Source: Chitinophagaceae bacterium
GTDB taxonomy: Bacteria > Bacteroidota > Bacteroidia > Chitinophagales > Chitinophagaceae
Direction: 5' to 3'
DNA: 64,000 bases
Assembly (NCBI GenBank): GCA_016699815.1
Contig: CP065012.1
Coordinates: forward strand, 1,668,981 to 1,732,980
Below the pieces are notes generated by a model. The model had not been told where the DNA came from and did no database searches. It saw only the letters and a program-made list of their open reading frames with translations. Both the position numbers and the translations under genes were made by a program. The stretch's first letter is position 1. Each line of letters begins with the position of its first letter. Positions 9,419 through 18,860 of the stretch are shown here, piece after piece.

Positions 9419-10582
9419 ATGGGTGCAAATTCGCTTGCTTCAAAAAAAATTGCCACTAAACTTATTCATGCCGGAGCAGATCCCGATCCTTCCACCGGAG
9501 CAATTATGACGCCTATTTTTCAAACCTCAACTTATGTGCAGGAGGCGCCGGGTGTAAACAAAGGTTTTGAATATGCCCGCAGCCAAAACCCCACCCGTAA
9601 AGCTTTGGAAGATGCTTTGGCAATAATTGAAAACGGAAAATATGGCCTGGCTTTCAGCAGTGGTGTAGCAGCTACCGATGCCGTTATAAAATTACTAAAT
9701 CCAGGCGATGAAGTGATAGCCGCAAATGATATGTATGGCGGTACCTACAGGTTGTTCAGTAAAGTGTTTGAACGCTTTGGTATAAAATTTATTTATGTAG
9801 ATACTACAAATGTTGCCAATATAAAAGCTGCACTAACGCCTAAAACAAAATTGGTATGGATTGAAACACCAACCAATCCATTAATGAATATTACTGATAT
9901 AGCTGCCGTTGCCTCCCTTACAAAACCTGCGGGAGCCTTGCTTTGTGTAGATAATACTTTTGCTTCGCCTTACCTGCAAAACCCGTTAAACCAGGGTGCA
10001 GATATTGTGATGCATTCTTCTACAAAATATCTTGGCGGGCACAGCGATGTAATTCAGGGTGCATTAATAATGAACAACGATAGCTTACGGGAACAGTTGT
10101 ATTTTATACAAAAAAGCTGCGGAGCAGTTCCCGGCCCTTTTGATTGCTTCCTGGTTTTGAGGGGAATAAAAACACTACATGTACGCATGAAGCAACATTG
10201 TAATAATGGCGAAAAGGTTGCATACTGGCTAAGCAACCACCCCAAAGTAGGTAAAGTATATTGGCCGGGTTTTGAAGATAATTCCGGTTACAATGTTGCC
10301 AAAAAACAAATGAATGGCTTTGGGGGAATGTTAAGTTTTTTACTCAAAGATGAAAGCATAGAGGCTGCTAAAAAAGTGCTATCCGCTACAAAAATATTTT
10401 CACTTGCCGAAAGCCTTGGTGGGGTAGAAAGCCTCATTAACCATCCGGCAAGTATGACGCATGCCAGCATCCCCAGGGAAGAACGCATTAAAAACGGATT
10501 GAGCGACGGTTTAATAAGGCTGAGTGTAGGTATTGAAGATGCTGATGATTTGATAGACGACCTCAACAGCGCTATTGGTTAA
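9419..10582 (+). CDS. metB: Cystathionine gamma-synthase/gamma-lyase (PLP trans-sulfuration enzyme)
   Basis: YARSQNPTR, ETPTNP, VDNTFASP, PLP lysine in HSSTKYLGGHSD, LAESLGGVESL, RLSVGIED. Confidence 0.88.
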   Translation: MGANSLASKKIATKLIHAGADPDPSTGAIMTPIFQTSTYVQEAPGVNKGFEYARSQNPTRKALEDALAIIENGKYGLAFSSGVAATDAVIKLLNPGDEVIAANDMYGGTYRLFSKVFERFGIKFIYVDTTNVANIKAALTPKTKLVWIETPTNPLMNITDIAAVASLTKPAGALLCVDNTFASPYLQNPLNQGADIVMHSSTKYLGGHSDVIQGALIMNNDSLREQLYFIQKSCGAVPGPFDCFLVLRGIKTLHVRMKQHCNNGEKVAYWLSNHPKVGKVYWPGFEDNSGYNVAKKQMNGFGGMLSFLLKDESIEAAKKVLSATKIFSLAESLGGVESLINHPASMTHASIPREERIKNGLSDGLIRLSVGIEDADDLIDDLNSAIG

Positions 10583-10595
10583 AACGGCAAACTTT

Positions 10596-10620
10596 AAAAA
10601 TCATTTAGCAAATGATTTTT
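10596..10620 (+). terminator. AT-rich hairpin/terminator after metB
   Basis: AAAAATCATTT-agc-AAATGATTTTT perfect 11-bp stem followed by further T. Confidence 0.45.
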
Positions 10621-10734
10621 GTTTTTTATGCAATAAGCCGGTTATTTTAAAATACTTTACAATAATGAAATTTAGTTTATAACATTTTTTTGGGGTAGAA
10701 CAGCGATATATTTCATTTCACTAAATTTTACTGC

Positions 10735-13218
10735 ATGAAGCTATTTTTTACTTTGTGTTTTGTGTGTTGCGCCCATTCATTATTTGCACAAAACCCGCCA
10801 ACTTATCCATCGTCTGAAATTTTTCACCGATTGCAAAAGCTGGAAGTTTTTGGAACGGTATTATATATTGCCGCACATCCCGATGATGAAAACACAAGGC
10901 TTTTATCATACCTGGAAAATGAAAGGAAATTACGCACTGCATATTTAAGTGTTACAAGGGGCGATGGCGGCCAAAACCTTATTGGTGATGAACAAGGTGT
11001 GGAGTTAGGATTGATTCGCACACAGGAATTACTTGCCGCTAGAAGGGTTGATGGTGCAGAACAATATTTTACCCGGGCATACGATTTTGGCTTTAGCAAA
11101 AGCCCGGAAGAAACTTTGGAAAAATGGGGACACGATAAAATACTTGCCGATGTGGTGTGGGTTATACGGAAACTTCAACCCGATGTAATTATAGCTCGCT
11201 TTCCTACAACCGGCGAAGGTGGCCACGGCCATCATACTGCTTCTGCAATACTTGCCGGCGAAGCATTTGATGCTGCTGCAGACAGTACAAAATTTCCCGA
11301 TCAATTTTCATATGGCGTTAAACCCTGGCAAGCAAAAAGGCTTTTGTGGAATTCATTCAACTGGACTGGAAGCAACAGCAACCGGCCGGGGCAATTTAAA
11401 ACCGACGTGGGAATGTACAACCCATTGCTGGGAAAAAGTTACGGCGAAATGGCTGCTCAAAGCCGCAGCCAGCACAAAAGCCAGGGCATGGGCTCTACAT
11501 TGCAAAGAGGTGAAATTTTTGAATATTTTCTTCCCATAAAGGGCGATAACCCTACTATAGATATTATGGAAGGCATTGATTTAGCCGCTTCAAGAATAAT
11601 GGATAAACCCTACAACGATTCTTTAAAAAAAATAATAAGGGAATACAATCCGCAGCAACCTCATTTATCGCTTCCCGGCCTGGTAAGCCTCAAAGAAAAT
11701 CTTTATAAAATACAAGGCAACAACAACCTGGTACAATATAAAATTTCCGAAATTGACAAGCTTATTGATGCCGTAAGCGGACTTTTTTTAGAAGCAACTG
11801 TTACCAACCAACTCAATGTTGTTGGTGATAGCCTGCGCTTTACTGTAACGTATAATAATAGAAACGGCTTGCCCGTGGAAAGCGCACTAGTAAGCATATT
11901 TGGAAAAACTATCCGGTTTGAAAACCTTTCTAAAAATACCAACAATGTTCAGCAATCTTCTGCTTTTGGTTTGAAAGAAACGCTGGTATCGCAACCATAC
12001 TGGATAGAATACCCTCTGCAGGGAGAAGCCTTTCAGGTTAAAAACCAGCAATTAATTGGATTGCCCGAAGCAGAAAACAATAATTTAAAGGCTTTGTTCC
12101 AGATACAGGTGAATGGAGAATTATTGACCTTTGACCGTAAAATAATGTACAAACATACCGACCCTGTAAAAGGAGAATTGTACCAGCCCGCCCAATTTGT
12201 TTATCCATTTTTTATTAATGCATCACCATCGCTGGTTTTACTTCGTAATGATGAAAGTATTCCCAAAAAAATTGCCATTACCATTCAGCCCAATATTTCT
12301 TTAAAAGAAAAAATAACGCTTTCTGCCTTTGTAAACAATCAACCCGAAAATTTTGAAGATACTGTATTGGATTTTACAAAAGGAGCAAGCAAAACTTTTC
12401 ACTTTACACTATATCCAAAAAAAATCAGTAATAACAGCACAGCTACTTTGGGTATGAAGTTATCTGCCCCTTCTCTTTATGAGGATCAAATGTATTCATT
12501 AAGAAAAATTGCTTACGACCATATCCCTGATATTTTTTACCACTATTACGACCAGGTAAAAATTGTAAAGCTGGATGTAAAAACCTCTGGTAAAACAATA
12601 GGCTATATTGCCGGAGCAGGCGATAAAGTGCCGCAGGCGCTGGAGCAATTGGGTTACACGGTAACTTTATTGCAGCAAAATGATATTACCCCAGAGCATT
12701 TACGAAAATTTGATGCAATAGTTACCGGTATACGGGCCTATAATGTAAATGCATGGATGCAAAATGTGTACGAGGTATTAATGAATTATGTAAAAACCGG
12801 TGGCGTGCTGCTGGTTCAGTACAATACCAATAATAATATAGGAAAAGTAACTACAAAAATATTTCCTTACAATTTCGAAATAAGCCGTACAAGGGTAACC
12901 GACGAAAATGCGAAAGTAAATTTTTTGCAACCCAAACATGCGCTACTTAATTACCCCAATAAAATTTCGGAAGCAGATTTTGACAACTGGATACAGGAAC
13001 GCAGCACTTACGAGGCGGAAAAAACAGGGGAAAATTTTCAGCATATTTTCAGCATGAGCGATGCCGGAGAAAAACAAAGTAATGGCAGCCTTATTGTGGC
13101 AGATTATGGCAAGGGAAGGCTTATCTATTGCGGGCTTTCTTTTTTCCGGCAATTGCCTGCAGGTGTGCCCGGGGCTTTTAGGCTTATGGCCAACCTGCTG
13201 GCAAGGCCCGTTAAATAA
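10735..13218 (+). CDS. Secreted PIG-L/LmbE-family de-N-acetylase with Ig-like middle and C-terminal class I GATase-like domain
   Basis: Signal peptide; AAHPDDE, TRGDGGQN, HGHH metal motifs; C-terminal IGYIAGAGDKVPQAL...GGVLLVQY...LSFFRQLPAGVPGA. Confidence 0.85.
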   Translation: MKLFFTLCFVCCAHSLFAQNPPTYPSSEIFHRLQKLEVFGTVLYIAAHPDDENTRLLSYLENERKLRTAYLSVTRGDGGQNLIGDEQGVELGLIRTQELLAARRVDGAEQYFTRAYDFGFSKSPEETLEKWGHDKILADVVWVIRKLQPDVIIARFPTTGEGGHGHHTASAILAGEAFDAAADSTKFPDQFSYGVKPWQAKRLLWNSFNWTGSNSNRPGQFKTDVGMYNPLLGKSYGEMAAQSRSQHKSQGMGSTLQRGEIFEYFLPIKGDNPTIDIMEGIDLAASRIMDKPYNDSLKKIIREYNPQQPHLSLPGLVSLKENLYKIQGNNNLVQYKISEIDKLIDAVSGLFLEATVTNQLNVVGDSLRFTVTYNNRNGLPVESALVSIFGKTIRFENLSKNTNNVQQSSAFGLKETLVSQPYWIEYPLQGEAFQVKNQQLIGLPEAENNNLKALFQIQVNGELLTFDRKIMYKHTDPVKGELYQPAQFVYPFFINASPSLVLLRNDESIPKKIAITIQPNISLKEKITLSAFVNNQPENFEDTVLDFTKGASKTFHFTLYPKKISNNSTATLGMKLSAPSLYEDQMYSLRKIAYDHIPDIFYHYYDQVKIVKLDVKTSGKTIGYIAGAGDKVPQALEQLGYTVTLLQQNDITPEHLRKFDAIVTGIRAYNVNAWMQNVYEVLMNYVKTGGVLLVQYNTNNNIGKVTTKIFPYNFEISRTRVTDENAKVNFLQPKHALLNYPNKISEADFDNWIQERSTYEAEKTGENFQHIFSMSDAGEKQSNGSLIVADYGKGRLIYCGLSFFRQLPAGVPGAFRLMANLLARPVK

Positions 13219-13257
13219 ATTTTTTCGTAAAACAAAAACACTTGATTATTTATTGAA

Positions 13258-14886
13258 ATGAGCGCCATTGACTGGACGATATTAATTGTTGTTTTAGCCG
13301 GGCTTATTGCTTATGGTATTTATAAAAGCCATACCAGCAAAAATCTTAATGGGTATTTTCTCAATAATAATAATACGCCCTGGTACCTGGTATTGCTGGG
13401 TATAATGGGTACACAGGCAAGCGCCATTACTTATTTAACCGGCCCTGGCCAGGCCTATACAGATGGCTTGCGTTTTGTACAATATTATTATGGATTACCG
13501 CTGGCAATGATTGTGATTAGTATTTTTTTTGTATCGGTATTTAATAAGCTAAAAGTTTTTACGCCTTATGAGTTTTTAGAAAAAAGGTTCGATGGAAGAA
13601 CAAGACTGCTCACCTCCTTTTTGTTTTTAATAAGCCGTGGACTAAGCACTGGTATTAGCATTTATGCGCCATCACTCGTACTAAGTTCATTAATGGGTTG
13701 GAATATTTATTTAACCAATGTAGTTATGGGTGGAGTATTGATTATTTATACCATGAGTGGCGGCGCAAAAGCAGTTGCCCATACCCAGGGTTTGCAAATG
13801 ATCATCATTTTTCTTTCTTTATTTATTATTGGCTATATTATTATTAATATGCTGCCTGCGGGTGTAGGATTAAAAGCGGCAATTGATAAAGCAACCGCTC
13901 ATGGCAAAATGAATATTATTACCACGGGCTTTACTGAAAACGGTTTCAACTGGAAGGATAAATATAATATTTGGAGCGGGCTGATTGGTGGTTTCTTTTT
14001 GGCGCTGAGTTATTTTGGTACCGACCATAGCCAGGTAGGCCGGTATATTTCTGCAAAAAATGTTAAAGAAAGCCGCCGTGGCCTGCTGTTAAACGGGCTG
14101 GTAAAAATACCCATGCAGTATTTGGTTTTGATGCTGGGTGTTTTGGTTTTTTCTTTTTACTTATTTAATAAAGCACCGGTATATTTTGATGAAACAAAAC
14201 AGTTGCAGGCAGAAAACACCTCATTTGCAGGCGAACTAAAAGCGCTTGAAGCAAAATATAACGCAGCTTTTGAAAATGGAAATATAGATAGCGCCACTGC
14301 AATGCGCAGCCAGTATAAAACGGTAATGCAACAGGCATTAAATGGCCAGGAGGCAAATGATACTAATTTTATTTTTCTCCGTTTTGTAAAAGATAACCTG
14401 CCCGTAGGGTTGATAGGCTTGTTGTTTGCTATAATATTTCTTTCGGGATGGGGAAGTGTAGCGGCTGCCATTAATTCACTTGCTGCTTGTACTGTTGTGG
14501 ATTTTCATAAAAAAATGGTAAAAAGCAGCAGCGATGAAAACGACTACCGCATGTCTCAATGGTACACACTTGCCTGGGGGATTTTTTGTATAGGCGTTGC
14601 TATGTTTGCCAATAATATTGGCAATAGCCTTATTGAAGCCGTAAACATACTGGGCTCTTTATTTTATGGAGTAATTTTAGGCATCTTCCTGGTTGCGTTT
14701 TGGTTAAAAAATATCGGCGGAAAAGCGGTTTTTATTTCAGCCATAGTTTCAGAAATTATTATTCTCCTTATTTACAATGCCGATATTGTTTCTTTTCTTT
14801 GGCTGAATGTAATTGGCGCAATGCTGGTTATAGCAATTGGTCTGCTGGTTCAGTTTGTACTTGCAGCAGCTAAGAAACCTTCTTAA
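13258..14886 (+). CDS. Sodium:solute symporter (SSS family)
   Basis: About 13 TM segments; TQASAITY, GGAKAV, LSYFGTDHSQVGRY, AAINSLA motifs. Confidence 0.88.
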   Translation: MSAIDWTILIVVLAGLIAYGIYKSHTSKNLNGYFLNNNNTPWYLVLLGIMGTQASAITYLTGPGQAYTDGLRFVQYYYGLPLAMIVISIFFVSVFNKLKVFTPYEFLEKRFDGRTRLLTSFLFLISRGLSTGISIYAPSLVLSSLMGWNIYLTNVVMGGVLIIYTMSGGAKAVAHTQGLQMIIIFLSLFIIGYIIINMLPAGVGLKAAIDKATAHGKMNIITTGFTENGFNWKDKYNIWSGLIGGFFLALSYFGTDHSQVGRYISAKNVKESRRGLLLNGLVKIPMQYLVLMLGVLVFSFYLFNKAPVYFDETKQLQAENTSFAGELKALEAKYNAAFENGNIDSATAMRSQYKTVMQQALNGQEANDTNFIFLRFVKDNLPVGLIGLLFAIIFLSGWGSVAAAINSLAACTVVDFHKKMVKSSSDENDYRMSQWYTLAWGIFCIGVAMFANNIGNSLIEAVNILGSLFYGVILGIFLVAFWLKNIGGKAVFISAIVSEIIILLIYNADIVSFLWLNVIGAMLVIAIGLLVQFVLAAAKKPS

Positions 14887-16013
14887 ATAATTGACTTGCT
14901 TCCTGAAGGCTCGCTGCCACTATTGCCTGAAACTATGGTAATATTATTGCTGCCTGCAGCAAATTGTATTTTTTCTTCTTTAATGAGTTGAATGATGGCC
15001 GCATTTATTTTTTGCCTGATGGTATTGAACTCCTGTATGCTGATGTTGGGTGTAAAATATTCTAACATAATCACAATTCCGTTTTTGCTAAAATCTGTTA
15101 TGTAAACCGAAGAGCTGGTAATATCATTTGCGTATAAGGAAACAATAAGCTGTTGTATTTTTTCTGTGAGCAATTTAGCAGTATCGGCGCTGGTATTTTC
15201 GGATACTTCCAGCTTCATTTCTACCCTTCTACCGGTGCGAAAGCTCAGATTATCCACCACGCTATCTACCATTTGCTTATTGGGTACGGTAACCAGTGAT
15301 TTATCAGTAGTGCGAATCCTGGTATTGCGTAAGCCAATAGTTTCTACTACGCCGCTTACTGCATTTACTTTTACAATATCGCCCACATAAAAAGGCTTGT
15401 CTAAAAAAATGATAAAAGAAGCAATTAAGTTTTCCAGGCTTTCCTTTGCCGATAATGCAACGGCAGCGCCTACAATACTAAGGCTGGTAAGCAGGTAGCT
15501 TATATCCTGGTTAAATCCAATTTTAAGCGCTAATAAAATGCCCAGTACAATAATAAACGCTTTTAAAAAGTTACGAAAAAATATCACCATCTGGTCGTCG
15601 GAGCGGCTAATGGTTTTGCTGGCCTTTTGGGTGAGGATGAGGCTGATAAAATCTACAATAGACAGGCAAAGCCGGATGAAACTAAATACAAAAATTAGTA
15701 CAGCAATTTTCTCCAGTATTTTGTCGAAAGAAAATTTATAAATTTTAAAATCCAAAAATTGCGGATAATTCAAACGGCTTATTGTAGCAAGAGCAACGCA
15801 TATCAATATAAACCAACCGAGTGGTTTTAATAAAAGATAAATAAATTGTTTGCGGTCAATTTCTTTCCAAATTAATTTTACCGGGTAATACAGTATGTTG
15901 GCAATACTTTGCGTAACAAATTTTTTGAGCAGGTAAACGGCTAGTATTACACCCAGTACTACGAGGTAGCTTTTTATGGTATTATCAAGAAAATAATGGT
16001 CTAAAAAATCCAT
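14883..16013 (-). CDS. mscS: MscS-family mechanosensitive channel
   Basis: AVALSAKESLENLIASFIIFLDKPFYVGD, GVVETIGLRNTRIRT, VTVPNKQM. Confidence 0.9.
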   Translation of the reverse strand: MDFLDHYFLDNTIKSYLVVLGVILAVYLLKKFVTQSIANILYYPVKLIWKEIDRKQFIYLLLKPLGWFILICVALATISRLNYPQFLDFKIYKFSFDKILEKIAVLIFVFSFIRLCLSIVDFISLILTQKASKTISRSDDQMVIFFRNFLKAFIIVLGILLALKIGFNQDISYLLTSLSIVGAAVALSAKESLENLIASFIIFLDKPFYVGDIVKVNAVSGVVETIGLRNTRIRTTDKSLVTVPNKQMVDSVVDNLSFRTGRRVEMKLEVSENTSADTAKLLTEKIQQLIVSLYANDITSSSVYITDFSKNGIVIMLEYFTPNISIQEFNTIRQKINAAIIQLIKEEKIQFAAGSNNITIVSGNSGSEPSGSKSII

Positions 16014-16016
16014 GCG

Positions 16017-16877
16017 TTATAAATTATAAATCTCCAGTCCTTCTTTTTTTAAGATATAGATTTTACCGTTCATGGCTTTTATGCTGATGCAATCTTTCCA
16101 CTGTTGCGGCATTTTGTAAATTGCTTCTTTTTGCAGTTGAGTACGATACACATGCAGCCGGTTGTTCTCAAAGCCGTAAAGGTTATTGCCCGAAAAACTA
16201 ATGTTAGCCCAGTTTTTAAAAGGTAAATTGCTTTTGTAAGTTCCGTAGTAATCAAAAACAAAAAAGCCAAGCGCTTTGTCGTAAAGGTAAACAAAGTTAT
16301 TATGGTCGGTAATGGAACTTACCTGCGGCGTTGCACCGGGGAACATTCGCATGTCGTTGGTTTGCTGCAAAAGCTTGCCCTGCTCACTAATTTTTTTTAA
16401 GGTAAAATCCTGTTCATCAAACACCCAAATATTGTTGTCATAAGCATTGGCAATGGCGTTTACACTAAAAATACCCTGTTTCCTTAAGTTCATGCTGTTT
16501 CTAAGCGTAAGCATTTTATCTAACGAAACAATTGTTGCATAGCTTTTATAAAAAAGCAAAACCTTTAAAGGGTTGCTTACATCCATCAAATTGAGGCTGC
16601 CATATTTTTTTACATCATTAAAAACGGATAGAGAATCGCCATTGGGATTAAATTTTTTTAACTGGCCAGATTCGCCAAGCAGGTAAATACAGTTGAGGTT
16701 ATCTACTTCAAGCAGGCTGTAATTACCTGCAATAAATTTTTCCGGAGCTTGGTTGATGTTGAGAATAATTTCGGGTGTACTGTTGTTACCGCTGTCTGTT
16801 ATAGGTTGGCTTTGGGCACAGGAGTATTGCTGGAGCAGTAAAAGGGAAAAAACACTATAAAGCAAAACTGGTTTCAA
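16017..16877 (-). CDS. Exported hypothetical protein, beta-propeller-like
   Basis: TTG start, signal or lipoprotein-like leader; repeated beta-strand units (EVDNLNCIYLL, NAYDNNIWVFD, DHNNFVYLYD); tightly linked to lpxH and mscS. Confidence 0.65.
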   Translation of the reverse strand: MKPVLLYSVFSLLLLQQYSCAQSQPITDSGNNSTPEIILNINQAPEKFIAGNYSLLEVDNLNCIYLLGESGQLKKFNPNGDSLSVFNDVKKYGSLNLMDVSNPLKVLLFYKSYATIVSLDKMLTLRNSMNLRKQGIFSVNAIANAYDNNIWVFDEQDFTLKKISEQGKLLQQTNDMRMFPGATPQVSSITDHNNFVYLYDKALGFFVFDYYGTYKSNLPFKNWANISFSGNNLYGFENNRLHVYRTQLQKEAIYKMPQQWKDCISIKAMNGKIYILKKEGLEIYNL

Positions 16878-16885
16878 TGGCTTGG

Positions 16886-17665
16886 TTATTTAAAGTAAAG
16901 CAGTTCAATATTTGTACCATTAAATACTGCGTAACTGTTATATTTTATCCATTCGCCCAAATTAATGTACCTGCTGTTTTGCGGCAAAGCAACATCAATA
17001 GGTAAATGCCGGTGACCAAAAATAAAAAAATCAAAATATTGTTTTTGTAATACTTCCTTAGCATAAATAATGAGCCATTCATTTTCTTCACCCATAAAAG
17101 TTTCATTTACCGAGCCGGTTTTAATACGGCTTTTGCGGCTTAAATAATTGGCAAGCCCAATGCCAATATAGGGTGGTAAAACGCCAAACATCCATTTGCA
17201 AATGGGGTTTCGGAAAACTTTTTTAATAAACTTATATCCTTTATCGCCAGGGCCAAGGCCATCGCCATGGGCAATAAAAAACTTTTTGCAGTTAAACTCA
17301 AAGGTTTTGGGTTCAAAGTAAACAGGTATATTCAGCTCCTGCTGAAAATAATTTTTCATCCACATATCATGGTTGCCAACAAAAAAATGAATGGCTATTC
17401 CACTATCGGTTAACTCTGCTAATTTACCTAGCAGGCGCACGTAGCCTTTGGGCACTACAGTGCTGTACTCAAACCAAAAATCAAACATATCACCCACAAT
17501 AAAAATTACTGAAGCATCATTTTTAATACGGTCTAAAAAACGGCAAATGCGTTTTTCCCGCTCAAGGCTACTTTGTGCATTTGGTGCACCAAGGTGAAAA
17601 TCGGAAAGAAAATATATATTTTTTTGCTGCTGCAAACGGCAATTAGTAATTTTTGGGTTAATCAA
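16886..17665 (-). CDS. lpxH: UDP-2,3-diacylglucosamine diphosphatase
   Basis: Metallophosphoesterase motifs FLSDFHLG, VGDMFDFW, GNHD, HGDG, FGHRH, INLGEW. True start may be the TTG at 17635. Confidence 0.9.
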   Translation of the reverse strand: MINPKITNCRLQQQKNIYFLSDFHLGAPNAQSSLEREKRICRFLDRIKNDASVIFIVGDMFDFWFEYSTVVPKGYVRLLGKLAELTDSGIAIHFFVGNHDMWMKNYFQQELNIPVYFEPKTFEFNCKKFFIAHGDGLGPGDKGYKFIKKVFRNPICKWMFGVLPPYIGIGLANYLSRKSRIKTGSVNETFMGEENEWLIIYAKEVLQKQYFDFFIFGHRHLPIDVALPQNSRYINLGEWIKYNSYAVFNGTNIELLYFK

Positions 17666-17748
17666 CCTTTGTTATGGAATGCAAAGGTCTGCATTAAAAT
17701 TTACCTGTAAGGTAATATTTTTTTTAAGGGAACTTAATGCTGCAAAAT

Positions 17749-18177
17749 TCAGGGTTTATTTTTTCCCTGTAAGTAACGGAGTACATCACCAATAGGGATA
17801 TGCATCATGCCCTCTATCTTCCCATTGTACCAATATACCCATGCTTTTGAGGCTTGCCCTTTTACAAATACATCGGCAAGCTGCCTACGGTAAAGTGGCG
17901 TTTCGCCCTCTTCGGTATTGATACCTTCATAATCATCCAACTGGCCCAGCACCCAGGAAAACTCATCTATGTTATTGATTACATACAATTCGCCGGTAAT
18001 AAAATCATCACTTGTAGTTTCTACGGCTACAGGGTAAGCGCCATTATCATATAATTTTCCCCTTACTACAGCTTCACCTACCAGGTGAAAATAGCGGGTG
18101 AGGTAATCGTATGCAGGGTTTCTGAAGCCGCTTCTTAGCGAGCCGTAAACAAAAAGTTGGTAGGAAGGAGAATCCAT
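17749..18177 (-). CDS. Gamma-glutamylcyclotransferase (AIG2-like) family protein
   Basis: LFVYGSLRSG, GKLYDNGAYP, GELY, LDDYEG, YRRQ, AWVYWY. Confidence 0.85.
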   Translation of the reverse strand: MDSPSYQLFVYGSLRSGFRNPAYDYLTRYFHLVGEAVVRGKLYDNGAYPVAVETTSDDFITGELYVINNIDEFSWVLGQLDDYEGINTEEGETPLYRRQLADVFVKGQASKAWVYWYNGKIEGMMHIPIGDVLRYLQGKNKP

Positions 18178-18222
18178 AAAAATATTTTTAAAAAGTAAAA
18201 ACTAAATAATCTCAAATACATT

Positions 18223-18846
18223 TCAGCCTTCTTCCACCAAAAAGCAATACGCTTCTTTTGGACCATGTACGCCGGTTACCAATGTTTTTTCAATATCGGC
18301 GGTACGGCTTGGGCCGGTAGCAAAAGAGATAAATGAGGGAAGGTTGTTTTTGTATTTTTCTTTTAAAAATACCAGGGCATCTTCAATATCAAATACCAGC
18401 TGGTGGTTATAAGCAATGCAAATGTGTATGGGTGCATATACGCTTTCGGTACGGCCATCGGTTTGTTTTGCACTTAATACCACACTGCCAGTTCTGGCCA
18501 CAAGGTATTCGCAACCGGTTACGGAGCAATCGCAACTTTCCAGGTTGTGGTAAGGCTTTATGCCAGCCTGCAATAATAATGGCCTCAATTTTTCATCGGA
18601 GCAATAAATATTGATGAAACCCTTTTCTGCAAATAATGCTGCAAGGTGGTTGCACAGTTCGCTTTCATTAATGCAATAAGCAAACCTGCCCTGTAGTTTT
18701 GTAAATTCCTGGGCAAAGAGTACGGCATCATCTTCAGCGCCTTGTACAAATACTTTTTCGCTTTCAATTGTACGGTCAAAAGGAACAGGCACCGGTTTTT
18801 CCAGCGCCTGTTTAATTTTTTGTAAAATATTTTCCCTTGCAGACAT
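18223..18846 (-). CDS. lutC: LUD-domain protein (LutC/YkgG-like)
   Basis: MSARENILQKI, LVARTGSVVL, SVYAPIHI, FATGPSRTADIEKTLVTGVHGP. Confidence 0.85.
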   Translation of the reverse strand: MSARENILQKIKQALEKPVPVPFDRTIESEKVFVQGAEDDAVLFAQEFTKLQGRFAYCINESELCNHLAALFAEKGFINIYCSDEKLRPLLLQAGIKPYHNLESCDCSVTGCEYLVARTGSVVLSAKQTDGRTESVYAPIHICIAYNHQLVFDIEDALVFLKEKYKNNLPSFISFATGPSRTADIEKTLVTGVHGPKEAYCFLVEEG

Positions 18847-18860
18847 AAATTATTGCAATT

